A DNA stretch of 63,928 nucleotides, the filler included, from Folioceros fuciformis (lineage: Eukaryota): the NCBI GenBank assembly GCA_049999805.1. It is 11 parts of 11 records of this genome, joined end to end, with 100 filler letters (N's around TTAATTAATTAA, not from the genome) between each part and the next. Parts side by side here need not be neighbours in the genome. Positions count along the whole stretch, not along the records: positions 1 to 8,806 come from JBNGIO010001132.1; positions 8,907 to 13,039 come from JBNGIO010001133.1; 9 more parts are not named here. The stretch is one strand, 5' to 3'. Below, one piece after another: positions 1 to 11,449 of the stretch. Under the pieces are notes generated by a model, which saw only the letters and a list, made by a program, of their open reading frames with translations, was not told the origin of the DNA and made no database searches. Both the position numbers and the translations under genes were made by a program. Numbering within the stretch: the first letter of the stretch is position 1; each line of letters starts with the position of its first letter.

Positions 1-225
1 TGCTAGGCCTCCCATTCTTGGCTTTTCCCCATTGCAGGTTGCGAGGGTGCTAGGCCTCCCATTCTTGGCTTTTCCCCATTGCAAGTTGCGAGGGTGCTAG
101 GCCTCCGATTCTTGGCTATTCCCAATTGCAAGTTGTGAGGGTGCTAGGCCTCCCATTCTTGGCCATTTCCAATTGCAAGTTGCTAGGCCTCCCATTCATG
201 GCTTTTCCCCATTAAAGGTTGTGAG
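1..225. repeat. 47-bp tandem minisatellite (~4.7 copies)
   Basis: TGCTAGGCCTCC recurs at 1, 48, 95, 142 and 181 (last unit shortened). Confidence 0.9.
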
Positions 226-372
226 CTCTTTGGGAATTGTTAGCCTACCAATCCTTCGATCCTTGGACTGGTTGAGAGTGCATGTCACGCTAGCACTTTG
301 ATGAGTACTGCCAAACAAACAAACAAATCGTACTAGGAGGGAGAAACCGTATGGCATTCCAGGTGAATATCT

Positions 373-444
373 TTAGATTTTGAAGGGCATTAGGGTTAGA
401 TTTTGAAGGGCATTAGGGTTAGATTTTGAAGGGCATTAGGGTTA
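373..444. repeat. 23-bp tandem repeat x3
   Basis: TTAGATTTTGAAGGGCATTAGGG three times consecutively. Confidence 0.9.
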
Positions 445-1117
445 TGACTAACAGAATCTCGCTGCTACTGGTACGCCTTGATGTGGTACACAAATCATGG
501 CATCAAATTCTACTGCCCGTGAGGTTATCTTGAAGTCCCGAGCAAAAAAGAGCCTATCATGTAACTGGAGTCCCACAAACGCAGAATCTAAAGAAACGTA
601 GGAGGTGAGTCGTAAGGCCTTTGCAGTAGCGAAGACATCGGAGTGCTTGGAACCTTATGATGTCGCAGCCACATCCTGCATGGGCACAGACAAGCTGTGC
701 AAACCAGCAGACGTCGGCCTTCCGAGTACCACTGCGACTGACCGCTCCGAGCAATTGTGGATAATTGAGATTTCCATATATGGACCAGCAAATCACAGGT
801 CTCTCGTGTAACTGACCATGGAGCCTACCATGTGAACTATAGGGTTTAGAGCTCTACATGAGCCAACGCCATCTGGACTCTCGCTGTACGCCGAAGTGGA
901 CGTTCCCAGCTCTGAGGCCTTCATCGTCACCGGTGAAGACAATACGAGCCAGCCCTGGCCCAGCACAAGCATAACATCCTGCAGAGCAACAACACAATTA
1001 CTGACGACAAGCGATCACGGCAGGGGATGAAAAACAGCAACAACTCAAATATGAATGCATATGAATGCACACATGTTGACCAACAAGGTTACCTGCCTGC
1101 ACACTCAAACAAGCCCG

Positions 1118-1339
1118 TCAGTTGTAGTAAAGCTCCAAGCCCATGCCATCATGGATCTCATAGTCCTGCAGAGTGATGTGATCCTTATAAATGGTGTACC
1201 ACTTCTGGATGCGGATCTTATCGGGCCGCGTCCCAGTCTGCGCTGCCACCAACTTCTTCAAATCGCCAATTGTGTCATCCTCGTTGCACTTAACCCGCAC
1301 TTTCTTCCCGAGCCTGTCGTTGAGCACCACCTCAATCAT
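1118..1339 (-). CDS. UBL5: Ubiquitin-like protein 5 (Hub1)
   Basis: 73-aa [22 protein letters not shown]...GMGLELYYN is the canonical UBL5 sequence with the C-terminal di-tyrosine. Confidence 0.98.
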   Translation of the reverse strand: MIEVVLNDRLGKKVRVKCNEDDTIGDLKKLVAAQTGTRPDKIRIQKWYTIYKDHITLQDYEIHDGMGLELYYN

Positions 1340-1581
1340 GTTTGCGCACTTGCTTGCACCCGTCCTCGCCCGGTCCTGGCCTTCCTTGCGCTGGCCCTTG
1401 CCTCGACTTAAACTACTTCAGCCCTGTGGATGTATCCTGCAGTATCCTCGAGCCACATATATAGACGGAGTATTTCCACTTGTAACTGGAAGTGTGGAGG
1501 TCACGCAACGCCTGATGCACACCGAAACCCTAAAAGTCGAGTTACTCGCAACGTGGTCGCGAGTCTCGGCCGACGCTCGCC
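1340..1581. promoter_or_regulatory. Putative bidirectional promoter UBL5/NAA30 with telo-box
   Basis: 242 bp between divergent start codons; TATATA near 1457; AAACCCTA telo-box at 1525-1532. Confidence 0.55.
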
Positions 1582-2533
1582 ATGGAGGCCGTTAAGCAAG
1601 CAGAGATCCTCTACGAGCAGTACAGGGACGAGACGCAGCTGCCGACTGTTATGGCTCTTATCGACCAAGAGCTCTCGGAACCCTACTCCATCTTCACATA
1701 TAGATATTTCATCACGTTATGGCCTCACCTATGCTTCATGGTAATGAAGCCTCCCACCTCTGGCATTGTGATTTCCCAAGTCAGATCTGTTTGTGTGCCT
1801 GTCCGACATGTTGTTGTTGTGTTGTGAGCAGGCTTTTGATGAGGGCAAGTGCGTGGGCACCATCGTGTGCAAAATGGGGGAGCATGGGTCCACCACTATT
1901 CGGGGCTACATTGCCATGCTTGTGGTGATAAAGCCCTACAGAGGGAAAGGCATTGGTGAGTACTTGCCCCTGCACACTGTGTCATCACCTCAATAGGGTA
2001 GCCAGACTGAGACTTGTCCTCAGATTGTTATTGGGCTTCTGGCAGCTACGGAACTGGTCGCCCGGTGTATCCAAGTCATGCGTGATTCAGGATGCGATGA
2101 GGTTGGTGTGCCATCTTTTTCTGCTTGCACAAGTTGCAAACCCACTGCATTTTTGACAGAAGCGATCTGCTGGCCTGGGCAGGTTACTTTGGAAGCAGAG
2201 GTGACCAACGAGGGAGCGTTAGCACTGTATGGCAACCTGGGCTTCATTCGAGCTAAGCGCTTGCACAGATACTACTTGAACGGAGTGGACGCGTATCGGC
2301 TCAAGCTGCTGTTTCCCAGGCCACAGGATGCAAATACCACGCACATGCTCTCAAACTTGGAGCAAGAACACGATCACCACGACTGCTCTCAGCACAACCA
2401 TCAGCAGCACGATTGTTCGGAACACGGCCAGGACCACCATCACCATTATGGACTACATCCTCATCGACACGATCACGGCTCCCATCCCTACATGCTTCCA
2501 CATAGACATGGTCCATTTTGCAATCACAGTTGA
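1582..2533 (+). CDS. NAA30: N-alpha-acetyltransferase 30 (NatC catalytic subunit, MAK3), 4 exons
   Basis: Exons 1582-1740, 1832-1955, 2046-2101, 2183-2533 with GT-AG introns. Motifs [70 protein letters not shown]. Confidence 0.95.
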
Positions 2534-3510
2534 CAATCTCTCTGGTTGTGCTGTCATCTGTACATCATTCAGAGTGCAGGCACCTTCGCCAGTTGAATTT
2601 TGAGGTAGAGTTGTGAAAGTTTGTCAGCACATGTATTGCAACCTTCGTGTGTCTCTCATTGAGCTGTATTTATTAACCTCATTGCCATGGCAGCGCATAA
2701 TTGCACCCACTACTCGGCAGGGAGTCCTCGTACTCTGAACTTGTGGGCGTACACACAACTGCCTCAGCTGTCCAAGCCAACTAAGCGGCTTACTTTCTCT
2801 GTGAATTACGGACACTCTTAAGTGGATGCGAAGGTGATGTGCAACACAGTTTCCCTTCCATAACATCGTCACAATCTGTTTCAGTTACTGCTCCAGCTGT
2901 ACGCAAAAGTGCAAGGTCCCGCCGCTTGCAGATATGTCCCCCACCAACCTCCATGCCGTTCTCGAAGAGCTCGTTCTATTGCATGAGGTAAAAGCATGAT
3001 GTAGCACATACTACAATAGTAAGCATTTGGCCTCGGTGGCATCTCTTTGTGTCTGCCGCCTCTGTCGGTTACAGCAGTCAGTCACGAAGCATAAAACAGT
3101 GTCGAAGTTGCACTCCCCACAAATCGTTGTCCATCCTTTGCGCACACGGCGAACAGAACAGTTTAGTTGAAGACGTGCACCTTTGAAATTACACAAATTA
3201 ACCCACGTGTGATGTCAAATCGCTCAACCGTTTGGCTTGAACTAAAACATCCAGAGAACGCTTTCCAAGTTTGTAGAGGCAGAGAGCGCTCGAAATTTCA
3301 GAGCATACTCAACAGAGCTTCAGTCCCCATTCTCATCAGAAGAATTGTGTCTTTGGCACGTACAATCCCTCCTTGTCTAGAAGAGTGGAGCAATTCAAGC
3401 CATAAGGGGAAACTTGTCTGGACAACACAACACCTTGCATTGCTCCAAGCAACCTCCCCTTCTTCGATAAGGAAATGATTCGTACAATGCCTTTATCCAG
3501 AGACCGACCA

Positions 3511-3999
3511 TCAAATACCGCCGCCAAGCTACAGAAAACAATAGGACAGTTACCAGCCGATCGCGACAGAGAAAAACCAAAGGATTTCTCAGAAAGATTA
3601 ATACCAGCACGGCTTCAATTTCTGCCTTGGAAATGGGAGTCCGCCTTGGCTGAATGGACGCCCTACCGCCTGTAGAAGAATTCCTGACATGGGCAGGAAC
3701 ACCTGACGACGAATCCGTTTCTTTCCTAAACCCTTGCCCTGAATCCACTGAAAAGAGTGAGAAACAGAGATCGGACCCGATCCCGCCTCCGAGACAAGGC
3801 AAAACCTGCTAGCATTCAGTAGCTTTCCCCTCGGCCATTCTCACACATCGAAACACCACCTTGACACAAACATGCGACACAGAGACCCACAGAGAAGAAA
3901 CGCCGCACCTTCACCATGCTGAGGCTTGCCGGCACCGGGCCCCCGCCGCACCGGAAACTTGATCAGCGGAATCCGCTTCGCAATCTGTTGCCCCGCCAT
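3511..3999 (-). CDS. KGD4/MRPS36-like small mitochondrial protein, 3 exons
   Basis: MAGQQIAKRIPLIKFP...GGRASIQPRRTPISKAEIEAVL|LGGGI*. Exon 2 is 3747-3605 and exon 3 is 3528-3511; the exon 1 donor is ambiguous (three phase-1 options). The PLIKF and EIEAxxxGG termini match the S36_mt/Kgd4 family. Confidence 0.75.
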
Positions 4000-4268
4000 G
4001 CCTGGCAACAGTCGTCGGAAGATTGAGGGAAGGCCGAGCAGCGAGGAATGCGAATGGCGTTCCTTGACCACACGCCGCCTACTTTGTTACGGAGAAAACG
4101 TGGCTGCGTCACTCTAAACGATCAGTACGTTTTGCAAGCTTTTGCATTGGGTTTTTGTTTTGTTCGAGGGTCCGGTGCATCTACGTCGTTCAGCAGAGCC
4201 AACATTGTGGGATCCTCTCTTCATCCTCGGCTGGGGTCACGGTAGGCAGACATCCTCCAAGCTCCAGA

Positions 4269-4873
4269 ATGATTCTGGGAAGAAGCTCAGTCGCAGCTTG
4301 CTTAGCTCCTCCCGTCCAGCATCCGCTTAGGGCAGGCTGGCTGCCAGCATCACGGGTTTGGGTCACCCGCCGGAGAACAGCAGCGTTCCGAGGTGCTTCC
4401 ATCAGAGGTGCCACATCCGACGGCTTGACAGAGGATGCGCCGGAGTCATTCGAGGTACGAGCTACACGGTCACCCATGAATGAGTTATCCTGTGCCGCAT
4501 AGATCCCACGCCACTTTGCTGAGGCAAGCCTAGAAATAACTCTGTTAGGGCTCCACCGTGAAAATTGATCTGCAACTCCCTCGGAGAAGACTGTTGGTGC
4601 AGTTCAAGTGCAACGTCTGCACTACGACGACACAGCGGCTTGTGAATCCCGAGGCATACAAGCGAGGCACAGTCTTTGTTCAGGTCAGGCACAGATTGAT
4701 GTTGAATGCTCCGGTAGAGCAGTGGTTATCAACCTCACAGGGCCTCGGTTGTGCAGTGTGCAGGTTGTGAATCGTATCACCAGCTGGTTGATAATCTGGG
4801 ACTGATTGAGGAGTATGATTTCAGGAAACCTGCCGCAGAGTCGTCGATGGAGTCCGCCCAGGAAGATGTCTAG
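4269..4873 (+). CDS. DNL-type zinc-ribbon protein (Hsp70 escort HEP/ZR family), likely organelle-targeted
   Basis: Exons 4269-4454, 4549-4683, 4757-4873. PRRRLLVQFKCNVC...AYKRGTVFVQ|CAGCESYHQLVDNLGL; Arg/Ser/Ala-rich N-terminus. Confidence 0.9.
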
Positions 4874-5814
4874 CTGACTTAATCTCTTTCCAGGAAATTC
4901 AGCGTCAAATTTTCTCGAGAAACGTACGCTTTGAGAAAGTAACTGGCAGCATAGTTTGTTGTGGGCACTAGTCTGGAAGAGGGCCACCTTCTGGTGTAAC
5001 GGGTCACTACTTTTGGGTGCATAGACATCAACCAGGTGCAGTGCGAAGTCGAACTAGACTTGTTCTTGTGCTCACCCTTACATCCTATGTTACTGCTCTG
5101 CCATCTGTTTGAGGGCTGGGCAAGCATACCTGGAAGCCTCCCGAAGCGCGATTTGGAGCCTAGGGTGGTGGGGGGTAGGGGCTTTTGCAGTACTGCTGAT
5201 GAGGTTGTCCGGATGCTGCTAATCGCCACCGCTGATGTGCCGTGCCTGATTGAAGTTCATGTGCTAGATGGTGGTGGCCTCAATCCTGCTGATGCAATGC
5301 TCTATGGAGGTTGCCGGGGTAATCTTGTAGGTTTCACTGCTGATGAAGCGGTGAGCGGCACCGAGCATACATGCTCCACCTGGTTGAAGTTCAAGCAGAA
5401 GAAAGTGAGAGTCCTCCAAATTGCCATCCACAACAAATTTCGACGACCCGGGCGTCCAATCTCACCAGAGGTTGCTCACAAGGGGTTGCATCCCACGGTG
5501 TTATGTCCGCTATCCTCAATGACGACAGATGGAGGGCGTCAAACGAGAACTCGACTTGCGACGGACTAAGTTCCAACATCCTGCCAATGACATTTCTCCA
5601 TTGTTAAAGAGAACCGCCGCTGGTACGCATGGAAGGAGGAAATTGTTGTGGTGACCGTTAAGGTGATGTTATTGACGCTCGTAAGTGTAAACGCCGAAAC
5701 AGAGACGTAGCCAGTACACGTACAGGAACTCGCCTCGTGTCCAAGACTGCAGGCACGAAAGGCTTACGACTACGGTAATCGGAAGCAGGAAGAAGTCAGG
5801 CAAGGATTTGACGC

Positions 5815-6135
5815 CTGAGGAAGAGCTTCGATGATGATGACACTTGGAGGAAGATGGAAGGCAGGCAGGATTTTGAAACCCGAGGAAGAGCTGCGATGAT
5901 GATGAAACTTGGTGGAGGAAGGCAAGCAAAATTTGAGGCCCGAGGAAGAGCTTCGATGGTGAAGAAACTTGGCGGAGGAAGGCAAGCAGAATTTGAGGCC
6001 CGAGGAAGAGCTTCGACGGTGAAGAACCTTGGCGGAAGAAAGCAAGCAGAATTGTAGTCCCGAGGAACAGACATGATGAGAAAGAAACTTGGCGGAAGAA
6101 GGCAAGCAGGATTTGTGGCCCGAGGAAGAGACTTG
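5815..6135. repeat. ~60-bp tandem minisatellite (~5 copies)
   Basis: CGAGGAAGAG...GAAACTTGGCGGAGGAAGGCAAGCAGAATTTGAGGCC units at 5881, 5941, 6001, 6061, 6121. Confidence 0.9.
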
Positions 6136-6750
6136 GGTAAGCACGTTTGCCAGGCGAGCACTCCGCCGTGCTTTGGTCTACGCTGCTCCCTTCCCACAAC
6201 AGAATTCAGAATTCTAAAGGTGGCGTGTACCCTAGGCCAAGGTCGTCCCCGGCATTCCATCTTTGGCTTCCTTGCATTGTGTATCGGTTTCGGACCCTGT
6301 CGTCTCCAGACTGAATAAATGGATTATTATATATATGATATTCTGCCAAGGAAACTATTCGCATGAATGATAGGGACTAAAAGCCACCAATTCAATCAAT
6401 TCATCCTCACAAACATAAACTGTATGGGTGATGTGCATCTCGCCAAACTCCTTCCAAGTCGGAGGGCTGAAAATTCCCGCTGTTCGTAAAAGGCCTGCCA
6501 ATGAGCCCTAGACTGTGACCATATGATGGAAGATCTAATCGCTGGCTTCTCCCGGCTGAGAAGCTCGGGAGTTGCTCATAGCCTTACTGAGCAGCCGCAG
6601 CAACAAGCTCTGAGCAGCAAACACATGCCGCACCCCGAAAACGATGTGGCAGGTCTTATCACGGCAGATTCCGGAAGAGGAGCGTTCCCTGTGACGTGTT
6701 GTCCGATTCTGCCTCCGGAGCAAGAGCAAGTAGGATGATGATGTAGAGTG

Positions 6751-8508
6751 ATGGCCTCGCCGTCTGGCATATTGGAGAATCTCCACCCAGGCCGGCGCCT
6801 GGTTCTGGAGTTCGCGGTTGCGGGCTTGTGTGCAGATGCGGAGAAAGAGGCACCTGGGGGCTTTGTATCAGCGGTGGTGTTGGATTCTGCCTTGGAGTGC
6901 GATGAGGCTCTCCCTCAGTGCGTAGCGATGCTTGTGCCCCTCGGGAGGGAGGAGGAGTGGCTGTACTCTTCGGAAGGAGGGCAGTGGCAGCTGCTGGGAT
7001 CGGCAGGTGTGAGCCGGATGGTGATCTTCTTCTGGCACGCCGAAGAGGCCAGGTCTGAAGTATCTGTGTTGGAACGGGGGAGAGAAGAAGAATATCGGAA
7101 GGCGACCTTGAGTCGGCTGGTACCAGCCTTCTGCCCAAAGGCATTGTTTCAGCATGGCGCCCCGGTCGTGCCTTTTGTTTCGTACGCAGACGATGTGGTG
7201 GGACGCGTGATCGTGGAGGAATGCTATTCTCCGCTGACAGGGTGTATGGTTGTTGAAGACGTGGAGCTGGAACGAGGTAATTGTGAAGGAGCAGGAGACG
7301 GGATCGCATCGTCACAGGTATGTGTGTCTTGGATTCACCTACGAGAGAGATGGTGCTGTCTTCTCTGATGCTTGTATGACCACATTCCATGTGGATGTGG
7401 TACCATGTGTTTCAGGACAGGTCAGATGTGGAGCTCCAAAACTGCGGGCTGTTGGGCTCAGGGATACCTGTCAGAGGTCTGTGGCGGCGCAGGCTTCGAT
7501 TCAAGCGGATGCCCAACTTGATTCAGACGGAGGTGGGTTTACGCTCGTCTGGTGCAAGTGTCTATGGTGATGACGGGCACACTGGGGAGATGGGAGTGAG
7601 ATGCGTGGATCATGATAGGCTTGTCCACAGATATCTGGCTCCCATTGTTGCTGGTTTGGTGTTGGTGTCTCCACGGTTTGATGCTTCCACCGGGAGTGAA
7701 GGTAGAGTGAAGGTGTTGTGTGTGGGAGTTGGTGGTGGAGCTCTTCCCAGGTTCCTCCATAGACATCTGCCATCATTTGACATACAGGTGAGAACCTTAT
7801 CCTTCCTTCTTTGCTGTGCGAAACTTGAAGAGAAGACGGACCTGTCGGCGCATGTGCTTCTCGTTGTTTCATGTGGTAGTTGGTGATGCTCAGGCCGTGG
7901 ATCTGGATGAAGTGGTTTTAAGATTGGCAAAGCAGCACTTCGATCTTTTGGAGGATGACAGGCTGCACGTGAGTGCCTGTGATGGATGGAAGTTAGTTGT
8001 CGGCTTGGCTGACAAGGTGGTGAAGCTAGGCCTGTCAACTGAGACCTTGTCCAGACTGTGGCAGCATGAAGCTGCTGCAAATCACACCTCATGTTTGCAT
8101 CCCGCGGACTTTGATCCTGTCATCACGGCGTCATGCAGACGTGAAGATCCCCGGTTTCACGTTATCGTCTTGGACGTGGATGCAGCAGATCCCAAGCTGG
8201 GCTTGAGCTCTCCTCCTCCTCTGTTTGTAGAGAAAATTTTCCTCTTGTCAGCTTGCGTTTGCCTGCATGAAGGTGGCATGCTCACCATAAATGTGATACC
8301 ATCTAGCTGGAACAGTTTTCGACTTTTGGTGGATATCTTGAAGGAGGTGTTTGCTGAAGTGTATGCCACCCCCGTCGAGGATGGAGTCAGCCAAGTAGTT
8401 TTTGCGTTACCTTCAGAACTCCCTCTGTTTCCTTATTCCGGTCCACTTTCAAGTCAGGTGGAGCACCTTGTAGATAGAAAGTTGAGGGGCCTCATTTGCA
8501 GACTTTGA
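6751..8508 (+). CDS. METTL13/eEF1A-KNMT-like SAM-dependent methyltransferase (spermidine-synthase-like C-terminal type), 3 exons
   Basis: Exons 6751-7317, 7416-7787, 7894-8508. AMLVPLGREEEWLYSSEGGQWQL, SPLTGCMVVEDV, RRRLRFKRMPNLIQTE, VLCVGVGGGALPRFL, VIVLDVD...SSPP. Confidence 0.88.
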
Positions 8509-8726
8509 GGAGATTCTTTTCTTAGTAGGCTAGAAAGCCACCTAAAACGCGGCTGGAAACCTATTTACAAATGTGAGTTACAAATGCGAGTTCATTAGAC
8601 CTGCAACTAAGGTTGGCATTAGACAAGTTGTCTAGAATTTGCACACTTTAAATAATAAAATAATAATAAAATAATAATGGTTTGAACATGGGAACGGGTA
8701 TCTGGGTATGTCAGTGTCAGGGGTCA

Positions 8727-8806
8727 GGGTCTGACGATAGGCTGGCTGGGTCTGACGATAGGCTGGCTGGGTCTGACGATAGGATGGCTGGGTCTGACGA
8801 TAGGCT
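8727..8806. repeat. 21-bp tandem repeat at contig end
   Basis: TCTGACGATAGGCTGGCTGGG ~3.7 copies. Confidence 0.85.
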
Positions 8807-8906
8807 NNNNNNNNNNNNNNNNNNNNNNNNNNNNNNNNNNNNNNNNNNNNTTAATTAATTAANNNNNNNNNNNNNNNNNNNNNNNNNNNNNNNNNNNNNN
8901 NNNNNN
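8807..8906. other. Artificial contig-joining spacer (first of ten)
   Basis: 44 N + TTAATTAATTAA (stops in all six frames) + 44 N. Identical spacers at 13040, 20657, 29791, 34127, 42406, 46978, 53841, 58516 and 60782. Confidence 0.98.
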
Positions 8907-8935
8907 TGCAAAGGAATTGAGTAAAAGCCTGGCCG

Positions 8936-9064
8936 AAGATGATAGCTTGTGTTAGGAAAACCGTAGGGCTGTTCCAAGACCAGACCACAACTGGGCCACC
9001 AAAGATGATAGCTTGTATTAGGAAAACCATAGGGCTGTTTCAAGGCCAGACCACAACTGGGCCA
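8936..9064. repeat. 66-bp direct duplication
   Basis: AAGATGATAGCTTGT...CAGACCACAACTGGGCCA occurs twice. Confidence 0.85.
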
Positions 9065-9149
9065 TGGAAGGGGGTCTTGGTGAGTGGGGGGAGGGAGGTT
9101 CTAGTGCGGCCAAGAGGACATAAGAGGCTTCGTTGAATACAAGATTATC

Positions 9150-9600
9150 TTAGGATGTGGTCCTTCATGATCCAATAATGTATGGGCAAACTTGTTGTCT
9201 ATGAATGGATAACTCAGGCTTCGTGCATACCCTGTGCATGTTCAACCGTTGCCAGATACTACTACTTTCTCGGAACGTAGGATCATGAACCCTTGCAGGT
9301 GCTATACAAGAAACATCAATGAACAATTTATTGAAATCACATATGGCCTGTAGTGTAATAGCATGCATCTCCTTACAACACCAATATGCCGCAGGATCCT
9401 ATCTTGCAGAAGGCTTCTTGTGCAAGGGAATGATCCTCTCTTGCAAAAGGCTTCTTGTGCAAGGGAATGATCCTATCTTGCAGAAGGCTTCTTGTGCAAG
9501 GGAATAAATGAGCCATTAAGTGCACCAACACAATTACATAAGCCAGTTTCTTGTACGAACCTTGCTGTCACAACTTGCAAACGAGGTCCCATGGGCATAG
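9150..9600 (-). mobile_element. PIF/Harbinger (DDE_Tnp_4/HARBI1-type) transposase relic
   Basis: Minus-strand translations RFVQETGLCNCVGALNGSFIPL and HAITLQAICDFNKLFIDVSCIAPARVHDPTFRESSSI...PYIIG match Harbinger motifs GAIDGTHI, LQAVCD..FIDV...PGSVHD and YILGD. Interrupted by a 37-bp tandem repeat at ~9395-9505. Confidence 0.8.
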
Positions 9601-9619
9601 ATATGTATCGTCCTCCAAG

Positions 9620-11449
9620 TTTCTGTCCATGAACAAAATGTCTAGCACAAGTTAGATGAGGTCTTTAGCTTGTGGGAAAGGGGGGAGCTTCCGGAACAAG
9701 GTAGCAGGAAGAAGGTGAGCAAACGGGGAGAAATAAGAAGAGGAAATGTAGATGCAGAGTCAACAGTTAGAGACCCTTACCGTCTTATTAAACCGATGCA
9801 TAGTATTGCATGGAGGGTGTTCTAAGGTATTTCCACTAGGGAGGCAAGGGATCGTATCATGATATCCACTCTCAAAAAATTCGTCCAAGGGGAGTTGATG
9901 GTGAGCGGTATGAAAACCTATATCACGAAGGCAAAGAAATTGAATATCATTCAGACCGCCTTTTGTTCTAGTTTACAGTGCGCATCATTTGTAGAGGTTG
10001 AGCTGGAATACCCAAAGCACTCCACTCTGGAAGACATCGCGAAGTTCCAGCCAATATTTGATTACATCGTAAGCATGCTAACCCCAATGTGACATTATGT
10101 GTGATGGGCGTGAACTTGGGCGTGCCATGTCCTAAGCATTAACACGTTGTCCCAATGTTGTGCAAACCTTCCGACAAGCCGAGGAATACAAGGAGAAGGT
10201 TATTCCCAACCCCTTCAAAGAGCATATCAATGTAGCTTGAAATTGAGAGAGAATCAAGGACTTGCAACGAGAATTAGCAAAAGAGGACAATGATGCAAAA
10301 CTATCGATATCTCATGTCCCTAGCAGCAAACAAAAGGTGAAGTACCCGGTTGTAAATGGTAATCTCAAAGAAATGGCTGCATACTTGGGCAAGCGAGAGT
10401 ACTAGCTGCTAATATTCGACATGCCAAGAGGGAACTATGGAGAACCTTGGGATAAGGAGTTTACTCCGGATTTCATGGAGAAAATAATGGAGGGGTTTTT
10501 CAAAGTCACCAAGTGTCAAACTTTCAGGGTTGTCTACATGCACGGTCCAAATCAAATGCAGGATGTTAGAGACGGGTTGCGGAAGTGGTGTGCAAAGGGA
10601 GAAGTTCAAACTAGGGTTAGGGAAAAAGACAATGTAGCCGTAGATGAGGGGTTGTACGGGAACTACAAGGACATGATAGTCGGATTTGGAGGTCATCCAT
10701 TAAATGACGATATCCGAAAGAGTAGTGTGCTGAGGAACAGTGCGGCGAAGGAGATGGGGGCAATGCTTGGGATCATCAAGCACAGTACCATCATCAAAAA
10801 GTTGCTCAACATATCAAATGATAGATGAGTCATAAATGCTTATTAGAAGCCGCTGGGGTTGATGGTTATATTATGTGGGCTTTTCAGCAATCGAGGAGAA
10901 TGGATCATAGATGGATGCTTTGGGAGCAGGAGTGGTGTTCAGGCCGCACTAATGGAGGGTCAAAATTGTATTGCCATTGACCGAGACCAGAGGCATACCA
11001 TCTTCATCGAGCAGAGAATCACGGGCCATGAAGTGTTTCCATCAAACGAGGAGAAATTGACTACAAAGCCTCACACACGAGGTCATTCGCTTTTCTTTGC
11101 TTGAGAACTTTCGAGTGGAAGGGTAGTGAAACAAAGGACTCACGTAATGCAAATGGTGGAAGGGAAGACTACACCAAGGGACATCGAAAAACTCAGTAAA
11201 ACGCAAGGACATACGAAGAAGAAGACCAAGGGAAGCGGAAAACAAGCTGATCATGCACCCCCTGAAGATTTTACAAAGGCGGTGCTGGGGTTCTCGGATG
11301 ATGACACACGGGATGAGGAGCAACTTGAAACCTTCTCTTCTGACCCTTCACTAATGTCTGCAGAAGATGGTAACCAAGACTCTAGAATGTTACCAAGCCA
11401 CAAAGAGATGAGGGACGACATCATTATTCCAATGATAGAGCACAAATAA
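9620..11449 (+). pseudogene. Decayed ORF ending in a beta-class DNA amino-methyltransferase (N6-adenine/N4-cytosine) domain
   Basis: One frame from ~10400 to 11449 with in-frame stops reads Y*LLIFDMPRGNYGEPWDKEF (motif IV-like) ... VINAY*KPLGLMVILCGLFSNRGEWIIDGCFGSRSGVQAALMEGQNCIAIDRD (motifs X, I, II). Upstream coding-like segments run from ~9620 to 10092 in another frame. Confidence 0.72.

Noticed and set aside
1-225. CRISPR-like appearance of tandem arrays (also 5815-6135, 41885-42015, 47645-47810)
   Set aside because: Units are contiguous with no unique spacers, there are no cas genes, and the context is eukaryotic.
1055-1411. 118-aa plus-strand ORF
   Set aside because: Antisense shadow of UBL5.
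2600-3400. Possible small spliced gene on the minus strand
   Set aside because: Splice-like signals are present but no coherent recognisable protein could be built.
4990-6320. ORFs of 116-177 aa between the zinc-ribbon and METTL13-like genes
   Set aside because: No recognisable motifs; the later ones arise from the 60-bp minisatellite.
6523-6738. 71-aa ORF upstream of the METTL13-like gene
   Set aside because: Stops before the conserved start and has no recognisable motif; it could be a uORF but this is unsupported.
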